Part shown: positions 1 to 10,737 of the stretch, in pieces | Position numbering within the stretch: position 1 is the first letter of the stretch | How the letters are laid out: the number at the start of each line of letters is the position of its first letter | NCBI GenBank assembly: GCA_022451865.1 | Contig: JAKUNM010000002.1 | Coordinates: 24,748 to 88,747 of the forward strand | From: Dehalococcoidia bacterium | GTDB taxonomy: Bacteria; Chloroflexota; Dehalococcoidia; UBA2979 | DNA: 64,000 nucleotides | Reading direction: 5' to 3' | Translations under genes and position numbers: made by a program | The notes under the pieces: model-generated | Seen by the model: the letters and a program-made list of their open reading frames with translations, nothing else | What the model was told of the DNA's origin: nothing | Database searches by the model: none

Positions 1-2
1 CA

Positions 3-845
3 TTACAATGGCAACCTGAAACCTCAGATGCACTTGGATTTGGGTTTAGATGTGGCTTTTTAGGTTTGCTGCATATGGAGATTATCGAAGAAAGACTTGA
101 GAGAGAATTTGATCTAGAATTAATAGCTACTGCTCCATCAGTTGAGTATGAAGTTCTTTGTAAAGATGGTTCAACTTTACTCATCGATTCTCCTGCAAAA
201 CTTCCACCTCCTAATCAAATAGATGAGATTCGAGAACCATGGGTTCATTTATCTGTGACAGTTCCAGCAAGATATATCGGTTCAGTAATGGGTTTGGTCG
301 ATGAGCGTCGTGGTGAATTTGATCGATTAGATTATTTGGATCATGCGGAAGACGAAGGTTCATCGCGTGTTTTAGCTACATATGCAATGCCATTATCAGA
401 GATTTTAGTAGAATTTTACGATCAATTGAAATCACGTACCCAAGGGTATGCTGCATTAGATTACCAAATTGAAAAATATCGTTCTGCGAAAGTTCAGCGT
501 TTAGAAATATTGGTTAATGGTGAAGCAGTCGATGCATTATCGACTATAGTCCCCGCTGAGAATGCTGCACGAAATGGAAGATTACTCGTTTCATCATTGA
601 AAGATCTTATTCCTCGTCAATTATTCGATGTTCCTATTCAGGCGGCAATTGGAGGGAAAATAATAGCACGTGAAACTGTTCGCGCTATGCGTAAAAATGT
701 GCTTGCGAAGTGCTACGGTGGAGATGTAACACGCAAACGAAAATTACTTGAAAAGCAGAAAGCTGGAAAAAAAAGAATGAAAATGGTAGGTGCGGTAGAA
801 GTCCCGCAAGAGGCTTTTATGGCGGTCCTAAAGCTTAGAGATTAG
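3..845 (+). CDS. lepA: Elongation factor 4 (LepA), C-terminal part; 5' end outside window
   Basis: Frame 3 is open from base 3. The translation [27 protein letters not shown] and the C-terminal [25 protein letters not shown] are conserved LepA signatures. Confidence 0.9.
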   Translation, partial: LQWQPETSDALGFGFRCGFLGLLHMEIIEERLEREFDLELIATAPSVEYEVLCKDGSTLLIDSPAKLPPPNQIDEIREPWVHLSVTVPARYIGSVMGLVDERRGEFDRLDYLDHAEDEGSSRVLATYAMPLSEILVEFYDQLKSRTQGYAALDYQIEKYRSAKVQRLEILVNGEAVDALSTIVPAENAARNGRLLVSSLKDLIPRQLFDVPIQAAIGGKIIARETVRAMRKNVLAKCYGGDVTRKRKLLEKQKAGKKRMKMVGAVEVPQEAFMAVLKLRD

Positions 846-898
846 ATTGTTCTCGTAGTCTAATTTATCTATTATATTTTGATTAGTGAAGGATTAAG

Positions 899-2104
899 AT
901 GGCTAAAATTATTGTTGAACCTAGAATGCGAGGGTTTATTTCACTGACCGCACATCCTGATGGTTGTGCAAATCGAGTACTTAAAGATATTGAAATTGCT
1001 AAGGATTTTGCATTCCCTGAGCAGCAAAAAAATGTACTTGTTATTGGGTCAAGTCAAGGTTATGGATTATCTAGTTTGTTGACATCGTGTTTCGGGTATA
1101 ACAACAAAACTTTAGGTATTTGCTTTGAAAAACCTCCATCTGCTTCTAAAACTGCTACCGCCGGTTGGTATAACTTAGTTGAAGCCCATCGACAAGCTGA
1201 TGAAGAATCTAGAGATCTCTACACCATCAATGGTGACGCTTTTTCGCAACAAGTAAAAAATACTGCTTCTAATTTTATTAAAGAGAATTTTGGCCAGATT
1301 GACCTTCTGATTTATAGTTTAGCTGCACCTAGGCGTGTAGATCCTGAAGGAAATATATGGAATAGCACACTTAAACCTATAGGTGATCCTTATCAAGGTT
1401 ATACCTTTAACCTTAGAAATCATTCAATTGCTAATGCAGAACTTGAGCCTGCAACACAAGATGAAATTACTCATACTGTAAAAGTAATGGGCGGTGAAGA
1501 TTGGAAAGATTGGGTCGAGTTCTTAAAAAAAGGTGATTTGCTTTCAGATCAGTTCCGAACAGTTGCCTATTCTTATATAGGGCCTGAGGTGTCTGCTGCT
1601 ATTTATAGAGATGGGACTATAGGTCAAGCAAAAAAACACCTCGAGTCCACCGCTAAGGAAATGAACGAGTTATTTGCTAATAATGATGGAGGTGCTTGGG
1701 TAAGTATTAATACTGCGGTTGTAACGCAAGCATCTAGTGCTATACCTGCTGTCCCACTCTATATGAGTATCTTGTTTAAGATAATGAAAGAACGTAATAC
1801 TCATGAAAAAACTATTCATCAAATCGGCCGTTTGTTTCGTGATTATTTGCGAAGCAATATTACCCCTAAGACTGATGCAGATAATTTAATACGGCTTGAT
1901 GATTTTGAGATGTTAGATGAAGTGCAAAAAATTGTTTCTGAAATATGGAGTCGTGTCAGTAACGACACTCTTTATGAGCTAACTGACTATAAAGGCTATA
2001 GAGAAGAATTCGAACAACTATTTGGATTTAATATTGCAGGTATTGACTATACAATTCCTACTGAAATTGAAAGAGAGTTGCAGTTGGTTGATATTGAAAC
2101 TTAA
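899..2104 (+). CDS. fabV: Trans-2-enoyl-CoA/ACP reductase (FabV/TER family)
   Basis: 401 aa. The N-terminus IVEPRMRGFISLTAHPDGC, the Rossmann segment VLVIGSSQGYGLSS and the overall length are typical of FabV. Confidence 0.85.
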   Translation: MAKIIVEPRMRGFISLTAHPDGCANRVLKDIEIAKDFAFPEQQKNVLVIGSSQGYGLSSLLTSCFGYNNKTLGICFEKPPSASKTATAGWYNLVEAHRQADEESRDLYTINGDAFSQQVKNTASNFIKENFGQIDLLIYSLAAPRRVDPEGNIWNSTLKPIGDPYQGYTFNLRNHSIANAELEPATQDEITHTVKVMGGEDWKDWVEFLKKGDLLSDQFRTVAYSYIGPEVSAAIYRDGTIGQAKKHLESTAKEMNELFANNDGGAWVSINTAVVTQASSAIPAVPLYMSILFKIMKERNTHEKTIHQIGRLFRDYLRSNITPKTDADNLIRLDDFEMLDEVQKIVSEIWSRVSNDTLYELTDYKGYREEFEQLFGFNIAGIDYTIPTEIERELQLVDIET

Positions 2105-2117
2105 TGCTCACGAAGAC

Positions 2118-3467
2118 TTAATCGGATTTTGAATATATTTCGGTTAGATCTACAATCCCATCGGTTGATAATAGCTTTTCACGAATTTCTTCTAAACTCT
2201 CTGGTGAAAGTCCATTCAATGCTGCGATAGTTATATTAAATAACTCTTGTGCTGTTAGAACTGCGTACCCAATTGACTCAGCTGCAATTCGAAGTGGATC
2301 ACTAATTTCATTTTGGCGTTCCTCAGGTTTTGTCAGGCGTTGACCATTCGCAATGATCAATCCACGTGGAGCTTGGTTTTCTTTTTCGATGACATTATCA
2401 ATTTGTGATCTAAGTATATAATGTGGACTCATGTCTACAGCTTCAGTTGATCCATCGACTACAGTAAATAATTCTCTCTCATGACTACTTAGGATAAGTT
2501 CATTTTTTAGGGTTTCTGATACTGAGAATCCTATTATTTCTGCACACTCTATTACTGCTAATTTCAAAGCATGATCACCTTTTGTCCACAAAATATTTCT
2601 TAGATTTCTTTTACTATCTGCTAGTGAAGTTGCTTCAGCTAAGGATTCTTTTACTCTCTCTAATTCTGTTTTTCGCAAATTTTCTTTTGCCTCGAGTGCG
2701 TCAAGTTCAGGGATATTAATTTCTTGAATCCAGCTTGGTGGAGGAGTGTCCATGCGCTTAAATAATTCTGGAAATGCTATGACGAATGCTTCACTTTCTC
2801 TTTGAGAAGTAGTCTGGCTTAGTGATGGAATAGGAGTAGGCAGAAATATGACTCTTCCATTAAGTGCGTTAAATTCTGCCGCTAAAACAGCATTACCTGA
2901 TGAGCGTGCGATTATCTCTACTTTACCTGCAATACCGGGTGCGTTTTCATTTAAGTAAGATCGATAAAGTAATTCGTTTCGATAGACTTCGAGAACCTTT
3001 ACCAAAGGATGGTTATCATTCGAAATTGATAAAGCTAACCCTTCACCTCCCTTAATGGTTGAATGATCCCAATTTATTCCAATGGGTGCAGGTAAGAAAA
3101 AGTATCTATCAAGTCCTTGAAACCCTTTAACTCCTGTGATTTGTGCAGGTGCATCAATGAACGCAACAACAATAGATCCATTCTCTAGCGCCTTTGTAAA
3201 CTCTTCTTGTCGTTGGTGAAGAATGTCTTTTATGCCTATAACATCATCTAATGACTCCCCATTGACTATCTGTCGATCCGAATACGTTAGATAACTTTCA
3301 TTAGCTGAAATTGCATTTTGAATTGTTTGTGCAATACCGCCTATGTCAACGACTATCGCTTCATAGTCAAACACTGAAGGCGAGTTGAAGATATTATGGT
3401 TATCTATACTGGGATGCATTAATCGGTGACTGAGTGATAATATCCGCACAAAACACCTCACTATCAA
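2118..3467 (-). CDS. Hypothetical protein: N-terminal alpha/beta-like region, charged coiled-coil-like linker, C-terminal region with a restriction-endonuclease-like pattern (uncertain)
   Basis: Long ORF with no competing frame. The track start is a TTG at 3467. A GTG at 3449 preceded by GAGGTG is a more convincing start. I recognise no named family motif. The C-terminal pattern is GDHALKLAVIECAEIIGFSV ... ELFTVVDGSTEAVD ... GLIIANGQR. Confidence 0.55.
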   Translation of the reverse strand: MIVRCFVRILSLSHRLMHPSIDNHNIFNSPSVFDYEAIVVDIGGIAQTIQNAISANESYLTYSDRQIVNGESLDDVIGIKDILHQRQEEFTKALENGSIVVAFIDAPAQITGVKGFQGLDRYFFLPAPIGINWDHSTIKGGEGLALSISNDNHPLVKVLEVYRNELLYRSYLNENAPGIAGKVEIIARSSGNAVLAAEFNALNGRVIFLPTPIPSLSQTTSQRESEAFVIAFPELFKRMDTPPPSWIQEINIPELDALEAKENLRKTELERVKESLAEATSLADSKRNLRNILWTKGDHALKLAVIECAEIIGFSVSETLKNELILSSHERELFTVVDGSTEAVDMSPHYILRSQIDNVIEKENQAPRGLIIANGQRLTKPEERQNEISDPLRIAAESIGYAVLTAQELFNITIAALNGLSPESLEEIREKLLSTDGIVDLTEIYSKSD

Positions 3468-3574
3468 ATATTTTTCGATGTAATTATATTCTTATACCAA
3501 TTTAATCTAGCTCTGAATGTCTCTGTAATCTAGATTTACTTCGCAACAAAGGTTATCACTGCTACGATTTATAT

Positions 3575-3838
<264 letters not shown>

Positions 3839-3871
3839 TATCAAAATGCCTAGGCTGAAGCGGTAAATTAA

Positions 3872-4780
3872 ATGCCACGACGTAGTATTAAATCTTCTAA
3901 CAAATTTCCTAGTAGAAAAAAAGATCTTCCAAATTATTTAAGAACTTTAGATTTGTCTCCTCAAAAAAAATTGGGCCAAAATTTTTTAATTAATCAGATG
4001 GTCATGTTTGATATTGCAACTGCTGTAGAGCATGAAGGTATTGAAACAGTAATCGAAATTGGTGCAGGGCCTGGAGGACTTACACAAGAGTTAGTGAATA
4101 AATTCAAGTCTGTAATTGCAGTAGAATTAGATGAAGAATTGGCTGCAATTACACGGAATCGGCTAGGTGATTACAATAATTTAACTGTAATTGCAGCAGA
4201 TATACTGCAGATTGATTTGATAGATATACTTTTGGAAGCAGATGCTAAACCTCCTTTTGTTGTTGTAGGTAATCTACCTTATTACATTACCCAGCCAATA
4301 TTGCGAAAGATACAAGAGAGTGAAGTCCTGCCTGCATGTATTGTAATTCTAGTACAACGCGAAGTTGCTCGTCGGATTGTGGGGGGGTCTTCGAAGGAAT
4401 CATTTTTGTCTATGTGTACTAAATTTTTTGGTTCTCCAGAAAAATTATTTGATGTCGATTCCTCTTCCTTCTGGCCAATGCCTAAAGTTCAATCATCTGT
4501 TGTACGAATTGATAACTTTCCTGAACCTGCTCTCCCGATCTTTAATGATGATCGTAAATCCTTTTTTCATTTGCTTCGTGCAGGTTTTTCGAGTCCGCGT
4601 AAGCAATTACATAATGTTCTTCCTGGTGCATTGGGGCTATTAACTGCAGATATTGATTTAGTCTTAAGTGAAGCTGATATTGCACCTAGTCTAAGAGCAC
4701 AACATTTATCTTTGCGGGATTGGTATTTATTATTTTGTGCTTTACAGAATAATAATCCTGCTGCCATGAGAATTCGGTGA
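3872..4780 (+). CDS. rsmA: 16S rRNA (adenine1518/1519-N6)-dimethyltransferase
   Basis: KKLGQNFLIN, the SAM motif EIGAGPGGLT and VVGNLPYYIT are KsgA/RsmA hallmarks. Confidence 0.9.
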   Translation: MPRRSIKSSNKFPSRKKDLPNYLRTLDLSPQKKLGQNFLINQMVMFDIATAVEHEGIETVIEIGAGPGGLTQELVNKFKSVIAVELDEELAAITRNRLGDYNNLTVIAADILQIDLIDILLEADAKPPFVVVGNLPYYITQPILRKIQESEVLPACIVILVQREVARRIVGGSSKESFLSMCTKFFGSPEKLFDVDSSSFWPMPKVQSSVVRIDNFPEPALPIFNDDRKSFFHLLRAGFSSPRKQLHNVLPGALGLLTADIDLVLSEADIAPSLRAQHLSLRDWYLLFCALQNNNPAAMRIR

Positions 4781-4785
4781 AATAA

Positions 4786-5700
4786 ATGCCAATTAATCTG
4801 ATGCAAATTCGAGCACCTGCAAAAATTAATTTAGCACTTGAAGTAACTGGACAACGTAGCGATAATTTTCACGATATTGATACTGTGATGACAACTGTCA
4901 GTTTGTTTGACACGATTTCGATACAATCATCTGAAAAATTATCAGTAGATCTTACTGGACCTTACTCTGAGGGCATTGATCCAAGCAATGATTTAGCAGG
5001 GCGTGCGGCAATTGAACTAGCTAAAATTGTTGGATGCGATCCTAATGTGGCGATTACCATTGACAAACAAATCCCCTCTTCTGCCGGTCTTGGGGGAGGC
5101 TCTTCAGATGCAGCAGCAGTACTAAGGGGGTTGAATAAATTTTGGAATTTAGAATGGGAATTAAAAGATCTTGAAAAAATAGCCAGTCGCATTGGTTCAG
5201 ATGTATCTTTTTTTCTTTATGGCGGTACTGCAAGATGTACAGGTAGGGGAGAAATAGTGCATCCCTTAAAAGACTTGAGTCGGTTACGAGTTTTAATTTT
5301 ATTGCCCACAGTCACGAAGATTCAAAATAAGACAGCAACGCTATATTCTCAAATACACCCTGACAAATTCAGTGCTGGAAGTCATTCTAAACGTATTGCC
5401 CACCGAATTGATAGAGGCTTGCCACCGCCTACTGTTGATATGGTTAATGTATTTGAATCAGTTATAAAGGATCACTATTCAGAATTGATTGAATATTATG
5501 CATTATTACGTTCGAAAGGAGCACCTAATTTACATCTATGTGGATCAGGTCCTGCCGTATACTTGTGGATACATGAAAATGCAAAAGTTGAGGAGTTAAG
5601 TGTTGATTTTGAGCAGGTGGGGGCAAGTGTTTTCGAAGTTTTTACTACAATTCGAAATGATGATGCAGATATAAAAACCTATAATAATGATGTTTTCTGA
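4786..5700 (+). CDS. ispE: 4-diphosphocytidyl-2-C-methyl-D-erythritol kinase
   Basis: APAKINLALEV and the GHMP-kinase motif PSSAGLGGGSSDAAA. The conserved rsmA-ispE gene pairing is present. Confidence 0.9.
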   Translation: MPINLMQIRAPAKINLALEVTGQRSDNFHDIDTVMTTVSLFDTISIQSSEKLSVDLTGPYSEGIDPSNDLAGRAAIELAKIVGCDPNVAITIDKQIPSSAGLGGGSSDAAAVLRGLNKFWNLEWELKDLEKIASRIGSDVSFFLYGGTARCTGRGEIVHPLKDLSRLRVLILLPTVTKIQNKTATLYSQIHPDKFSAGSHSKRIAHRIDRGLPPPTVDMVNVFESVIKDHYSELIEYYALLRSKGAPNLHLCGSGPAVYLWIHENAKVEELSVDFEQVGASVFEVFTTIRNDDADIKTYNNDVF

Positions 5701-6091
5701 TCCCTTCTTAATATTATTAACAGGTTGTGCATCTGGGCTATTCGCTGGATTTATAGGTCTAACTTGTACCATGGTATATATTTTCCGTAATCCTAATTGG
5801 TATAGAATTGCCCCTGAATTTCTAAAAAAATCACCAATTTACTTAATTTTTGTTGTCAATGGTTTTCTTTTAATTGCTATGGTTTTAGGAATATTTTTTG
5901 TCATATTTTATTCTTTTTTGGGTCTGATAGGATTTTTGCTATTACTACTTGTGCTAATGGCTTCAACTCACATTTTTCTGTATTTTTTTTCTGTAAGAGT
6001 TAGCTCCATGATTGTAATTTCGCTTTTTCTTATATATAGCGTTTATGGTTTACTAATACCTGTATTAATTGAGTTGAGTTTGAATAGTTGA
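5687..6091 (+). CDS. Small polytopic membrane protein, unknown function
   Basis: 134 aa, almost entirely hydrophobic with 3-4 predicted helices. It overlaps the ispE stop by 14 nt. Confidence 0.45.
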   Translation: MMFSDPFLILLTGCASGLFAGFIGLTCTMVYIFRNPNWYRIAPEFLKKSPIYLIFVVNGFLLIAMVLGIFFVIFYSFLGLIGFLLLLLVLMASTHIFLYFFSVRVSSMIVISLFLIYSVYGLLIPVLIELSLNS

Positions 6092-6163
6092 ATTTCCTCT
6101 AGCTCGGTTCGCAAACCACAGGTATGCTCATTGTTTGGGATTTACACTGGAACTGTTAGATAA

Positions 6164-6889
6164 GTGAGTCTTGCACAATTGCATGATATTTTTGATGGAA
6201 CACGGATAGATTTACACGTTCACACTACACCATCATCTTCTGACTCTATGTTGAAGCCAGAAGAGTTAGTTGAATTAGTGCAAAAGAATGATTTAACTGC
6301 TGTTTCTATGACGGAACATGATTTTATCTTAGAACCACATGCTCAAGAATTGTTTCGTCAAAAACACAAAAATTTATTAATTAATTTCGGTATGGAAGTC
6401 TCCACTGATTCAGGTCATATGCTTGTTTTTGGATTACCAAGTTATATATCTGGGATTCGTAGATTAGAAAATCTTCGTAAAGCTGCAGATGAACATGGTG
6501 CTTTTATCATTATTGCTCATCCCTTTCGACGACTTTTTGATCCTGTTACTGCTATGCGGACTGGTGAAAAATTTGATTTTTCACCAGAAGAAGCCGCCGA
6601 AAAAATGGAAGTTTTTAAGTATGTGGATGCTATTGAAGTAGCTAATGGATCTAATACTCCACAAGAAAATTATTTTGCTCTCGAAGTGGCTAATATTTTG
6701 GGTTTATCAGGGACGGGAGGTAGCGATGCTCATTCTACCTCCGGAATAGGGACATTTGCTACGATATTTTCCAAAAAAGTTCAATCAAGTTCTGAGTTGT
6801 TAGAAGAACTTCACAAAGGTGATTTTCATTCTGCTCATAAAAATATCGATGGTAAATGGGTGAAGTTTGTTGATGGCAGTTTAGAATAG
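6164..6889 (+). CDS. PHP-domain metal-dependent phosphoesterase
   Basis: The N-terminal IDLHVHTTPSSSDS followed by SMTEHD, AHP and GGSDAHS matches the PHP His/Asp motif order. The start codon is GTG. Confidence 0.75.
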   Translation: MSLAQLHDIFDGTRIDLHVHTTPSSSDSMLKPEELVELVQKNDLTAVSMTEHDFILEPHAQELFRQKHKNLLINFGMEVSTDSGHMLVFGLPSYISGIRRLENLRKAADEHGAFIIIAHPFRRLFDPVTAMRTGEKFDFSPEEAAEKMEVFKYVDAIEVANGSNTPQENYFALEVANILGLSGTGGSDAHSTSGIGTFATIFSKKVQSSSELLEELHKGDFHSAHKNIDGKWVKFVDGSLE

Positions 6890-6963
6890 CTCGTTAATTA
6901 ATATCAGGAAGTTTTTTTGAATAAGATACTTTATAATGTCTTACTCTAGAGAAGAGTTGTAAA

Positions 6964-9786
6964 TTGACTACTGATTTTGTTGCTTTAGATCTTGAAACTA
7001 CGGGATTAAATTCTTCAGTAGATGCAATTACAGAAATTGGTGCAGCAAAATTTAATCTTCAAGGTGATGCTATTGAATCTTTTCAGACATTTGTAAATCC
7101 AAATCGATCAATTCCTCAAGCTATCGAGCAATTAACTGGCATAACAAATAAAGATGTTGAAAATGCTCCCCAGATTAGCGATGTACTCACCCCTCTTATT
7201 AATTTTATAGGTGATGCTGCAATTGTGGGGCAAAATATTAAGTTTGATTTGGCTTTTTTAGCTAATGCCAGGATTGAATTTCCGAATATAAATTATGATA
7301 CTTGGGAACTTTCCTCAATATTGTTTCCTCGTGCATCTCACTTAGACCTAAGTTCTCTCGCAGAATTAGTAGGCGTTGAACATAACTCTGCGCATCGTGC
7401 ACTTGCGGATGCAGAAGTTACTCGAGATGTTTTTTTGAAATTATTGGAACTACTTAAATCATCACCAGAAGAATTACTTTCTCAATTCTATTTCATGGCA
7501 AAATCTGCTGAATGGAATCTAACTACTTTAATTGAAGATATTGTCGTGGATGATGATACGCTTAAATCTGTTGTCCATTCAGATCAAAAAACTCGTAATG
7601 ATTTTTTTGTGCCCGTAGCTGCCTCCACTAGTGACATACTCGATCCAATTGAAGAAATAAAGCATGTTAAAACTGCTGACATTGAGGCAGTTTTTTCAAG
7701 TTTTCAATCTTCTGCAGAGCTTCTTCCATATTATGAAATACGTGAGGGTCAATACTTAATGTCTGATGTTTTTGCAAAGCATTTAGCGTACGGGGGACAA
7801 TTACTAATTGAAGCTGGAACAGGTACTGGGAAGTCTTTGGCATATTTAATACCTGCATTGATCCATGCTGGCAGAAATAATGATCGTGTTGTTATTTCAA
7901 CTCACACTATAAACTTGCAAGATCAATTAATGGATCAAGAAATTCCTTGGGCTATTAAGGGCATTAATCTTAGTGAATTGGATGATATAGATGAATTAAA
8001 TTTTACTGAATTAAAAGGCAGATCTAACTACCTTTGTTTAGAACGTTGGCAAGAAGCAATTGAGCAAAATCACTCTCTTAATCAGGTAGAAGCTCGTTTA
8101 TTTGGTCGAATCGCGAATTGGATTCCAACGACTGAGACTGGTGATTTAAGTGAACTTTATATCACCTCTGAGGAGCGACCTACATGGAATAAAATTTCTG
8201 CAGAAGGATCAGACTGCCTTCAACGAGCGTGTGATTATGTGAAAAAAGGACAATGTTTTATTGCTCGTGCTAAACAGCGTGCAGAAGGCTCACATTTAGT
8301 TGTGGTTAATCATGCTTTGTTGATCTCTAATCTTATACATGATGAACAGCTTTTACCTTCCTTTGATCATTTAGTTGTGGATGAAGTTCATAGATTGGAA
8401 GAAGTAACTACGCAACAATTTGGTTCAAATTTTGATCCTCGTTCGTTGAGAGAATTTTTTATTGAATTAAATAGTAAAGATGTCACTGATGTTTTTTCAT
8501 TAGATAACATATTACGTGATGTGACAAAAAACATAAAAAATATTGCGAGCATAGATAAAAATCTGTTCGATGCCAGGTATGAGAGAATTTATGCAACTAC
8601 TGAGGAATTTTTAAAGATAATTAAGGCTTATATTCAACAGATCAGGAAATTTGCTCGAGACCATTATGAAAATGAAAAGCGCCCTCGACGATTTGATCTT
8701 GTTTTATCAAAAGTAAACCGTTCATATTCTGATTGGATTGAAATAGAAGAAAAGACTATTGAATTAGACGTTACATTAGAATTTCTTTGTAAAAATCTGC
8801 AAGAAATTGATGGAATTATCAATTTATCACAAAATGAAATTAATAATTACAATTCTGTATTAGTGCAACTGCGAAAGATTATTTCGATAGTTAATGATTA
8901 TCGATTTTGTATAGATAGAACAATCTTAAATCAGGTACCAGATGATATTGTGTGGATTTCTATAGGCGACGGGGAAGTTAAATTAAAATCTGCTCCACTG
9001 GATGTTGCTCCAATATTAGATGAATCTCTTTTTACTAATCTTCATTCTATTCTAGGGACTAGCGCAACTATACGTGCAAATGACTCCTTTAACATTACCG
9101 CAAACCGTATTGGGTTTTCAGAAGTAGATACTTTTGAGATTGAATCTCCATTTAACTATAAAGATCAAGTTTTAGTTCTGGTTATAGATGATATTCCAGA
9201 TCCTAATCATATTGATTATCAAGAGGAACTATGCCATTTGATCAGTGAAGCCACTATGGCGGCTAAGGGAAGAACATTAACATTGTTTACTTCACATAAC
9301 TCATTGCGCAATACAGCTAACATATTAAGAACAGAGCTTAGTTCGAATAATTTGAATTTGCTTGCTCAAGGTTTAGACGGCTCTCCTCGGCGGTTAATTA
9401 GAAGACTTGAAGAAGATCCTGCTTCGGTAATTTTTGGGACCTCAGCATTCTGGGAAGGAGTTGACATCCCCGGTGATACTTTATCGCAAATGATCTTGAC
9501 GCGGTTACCTTTTTCAGTGCCAAGTGATCCTATTTTTATGGGTCGTGCAGAGCAATATCAAGATCCATTCCGCGAATATACATTACCTCAAGCAATCTTA
9601 AAATTCCGACAGGGTTTTGGTAGACTTATTCGACGTTCAACAGACAGAGGCATTTTTATCATTGCTGATAGCCGCATAAGTAATCGTTCGTACGGTTCTA
9701 TTTTCCTTGATGCTTTACCGAATCCAGATATACGCCATATCACAATTAATGATGTAAGTAGCGTTGTAAATGAATGGCTATTTTGA
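6964..9786 (+). CDS. dinG: Bifunctional DnaQ-like 3'-5' exonuclease / DinG-family ATP-dependent helicase
   Basis: N-terminal Exo I motif FVALDLETTGL with HRALADA (Exo III). Walker A is EAGTGTGKS, the DEAH box is VVDEVHRLEE, and the C-terminal helicase motifs are FTSH, GTSAFWEGVD and QGFGRLIRR. The start codon is TTG. Confidence 0.85.
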   Translation: MTTDFVALDLETTGLNSSVDAITEIGAAKFNLQGDAIESFQTFVNPNRSIPQAIEQLTGITNKDVENAPQISDVLTPLINFIGDAAIVGQNIKFDLAFLANARIEFPNINYDTWELSSILFPRASHLDLSSLAELVGVEHNSAHRALADAEVTRDVFLKLLELLKSSPEELLSQFYFMAKSAEWNLTTLIEDIVVDDDTLKSVVHSDQKTRNDFFVPVAASTSDILDPIEEIKHVKTADIEAVFSSFQSSAELLPYYEIREGQYLMSDVFAKHLAYGGQLLIEAGTGTGKSLAYLIPALIHAGRNNDRVVISTHTINLQDQLMDQEIPWAIKGINLSELDDIDELNFTELKGRSNYLCLERWQEAIEQNHSLNQVEARLFGRIANWIPTTETGDLSELYITSEERPTWNKISAEGSDCLQRACDYVKKGQCFIARAKQRAEGSHLVVVNHALLISNLIHDEQLLPSFDHLVVDEVHRLEEVTTQQFGSNFDPRSLREFFIELNSKDVTDVFSLDNILRDVTKNIKNIASIDKNLFDARYERIYATTEEFLKIIKAYIQQIRKFARDHYENEKRPRRFDLVLSKVNRSYSDWIEIEEKTIELDVTLEFLCKNLQEIDGIINLSQNEINNYNSVLVQLRKIISIVNDYRFCIDRTILNQVPDDIVWISIGDGEVKLKSAPLDVAPILDESLFTNLHSILGTSATIRANDSFNITANRIGFSEVDTFEIESPFNYKDQVLVLVIDDIPDPNHIDYQEELCHLISEATMAAKGRTLTLFTSHNSLRNTANILRTELSSNNLNLLAQGLDGSPRRLIRRLEEDPASVIFGTSAFWEGVDIPGDTLSQMILTRLPFSVPSDPIFMGRAEQYQDPFREYTLPQAILKFRQGFGRLIRRSTDRGIFIIADSRISNRSYGSIFLDALPNPDIRHITINDVSSVVNEWLF

Positions 9787-10229
9787 TGGGTGGTCCTTGG
9801 GCACGTTACAACGAGGTGATTATATCTCACGGTAAACTAGTTGAAGATCATTCTGATCCATCTACTGATATTTCAAAAAAAATTAGCGGCTCATTTGCGA
9901 TATCAAAACCAGAAACTTTTAGACATCAAATTCGTGTACAAGGAAATAACGTGGGTGAATTTTTTTTTATAAAAGATATTCCGCAAAAAAAAGACATAAT
10001 AATTCATTCGTTGATTATCAATAACATTGATCGCGGACATGCATACGGGACGAAAGCATTATTAGCTGTTGAGAGAAAATTATCCAAGACAAATATTAAT
10101 AATTTTTGGGCCGTACTTCCTTTGAAAAATGGAAGAGGTATGTATTTTTTACTCCGTGCAGGATTTACACCATTACAGAGTAACGATCATGCTGAATTAA
10201 ATTGGTTTATTCGTGGAGGGCAGAACTAG
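9774..10229 (+). CDS. Putative GNAT-fold acetyltransferase (weak)
   Basis: The motif-A-like segment IDRGHAYGTKALLAVERKL and the terminal LLRAGFTP suggest a GNAT fold. An alternative ATG at 9786 overlaps the dinG TGA (TGATG). Confidence 0.4.
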   Translation: MAILMGGPWARYNEVIISHGKLVEDHSDPSTDISKKISGSFAISKPETFRHQIRVQGNNVGEFFFIKDIPQKKDIIIHSLIINNIDRGHAYGTKALLAVERKLSKTNINNFWAVLPLKNGRGMYFLLRAGFTPLQSNDHAELNWFIRGGQN

Positions 10230-10243
10230 CACGTTTTATTGTT

Positions 10244-10564
10244 CTAGTGTTTTCGAGTCCCTTTGAAAAAACAGTGAAATTCTACACCATCTATTGTTTC
10301 GACTTTATGGAAACGATTGCTATCAATTTTGTGTAGATCTCCTTTTTTAATTGAAAAACTTTCATCGGGATTACCTAGTATTAATGTACCTTCACCATCT
10401 GTGCAGACATAGATTTCTGGCCATGGATGTGAATGTCCCCTGGTTGATTGGTGTGGATAAAGCAGTGTACGTGACATTGTAAAAGATTTAAAATCTGTGT
10501 CTTCTACTTTATATCTTTCATTATCATGAACTAGTTTAGGGTCGTGTTCAGACATAATCAGCAC
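10244..10564 (-). CDS. Cupin-domain protein
   Basis: Cupin motif 1 is GHSHPWPEIYVCTDGEG. Motif 2 is GDLHKIDSNRFHKV. Confidence 0.7.
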   Translation of the reverse strand: MLIMSEHDPKLVHDNERYKVEDTDFKSFTMSRTLLYPHQSTRGHSHPWPEIYVCTDGEGTLILGNPDESFSIKKGDLHKIDSNRFHKVETIDGVEFHCFFKGTRKH

Positions 10565-10737
10565 TTATCTCTTAAAATTATTCCAAGTACATTTTACCCT
10601 TTCAAACCAAAATGAGGAATGGTATGAGGATATGTTCTGTTTTTTTGTCAGCTCCGTATCTAGATTAAGAATTTTTTTATTTATAAAACACAAAATATAG
10701 GGGATTAGATTGTAGAAATTCATCGAACACTTACATA

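Noticed and set aside
6164-9786. PHP phosphoesterase plus exonuclease-helicase as a possible defence module
   Set aside because: The helicase is the widespread DnaQ-DinG fusion, a housekeeping repair type. No methylase, nuclease effector or other defence-island neighbours are present.
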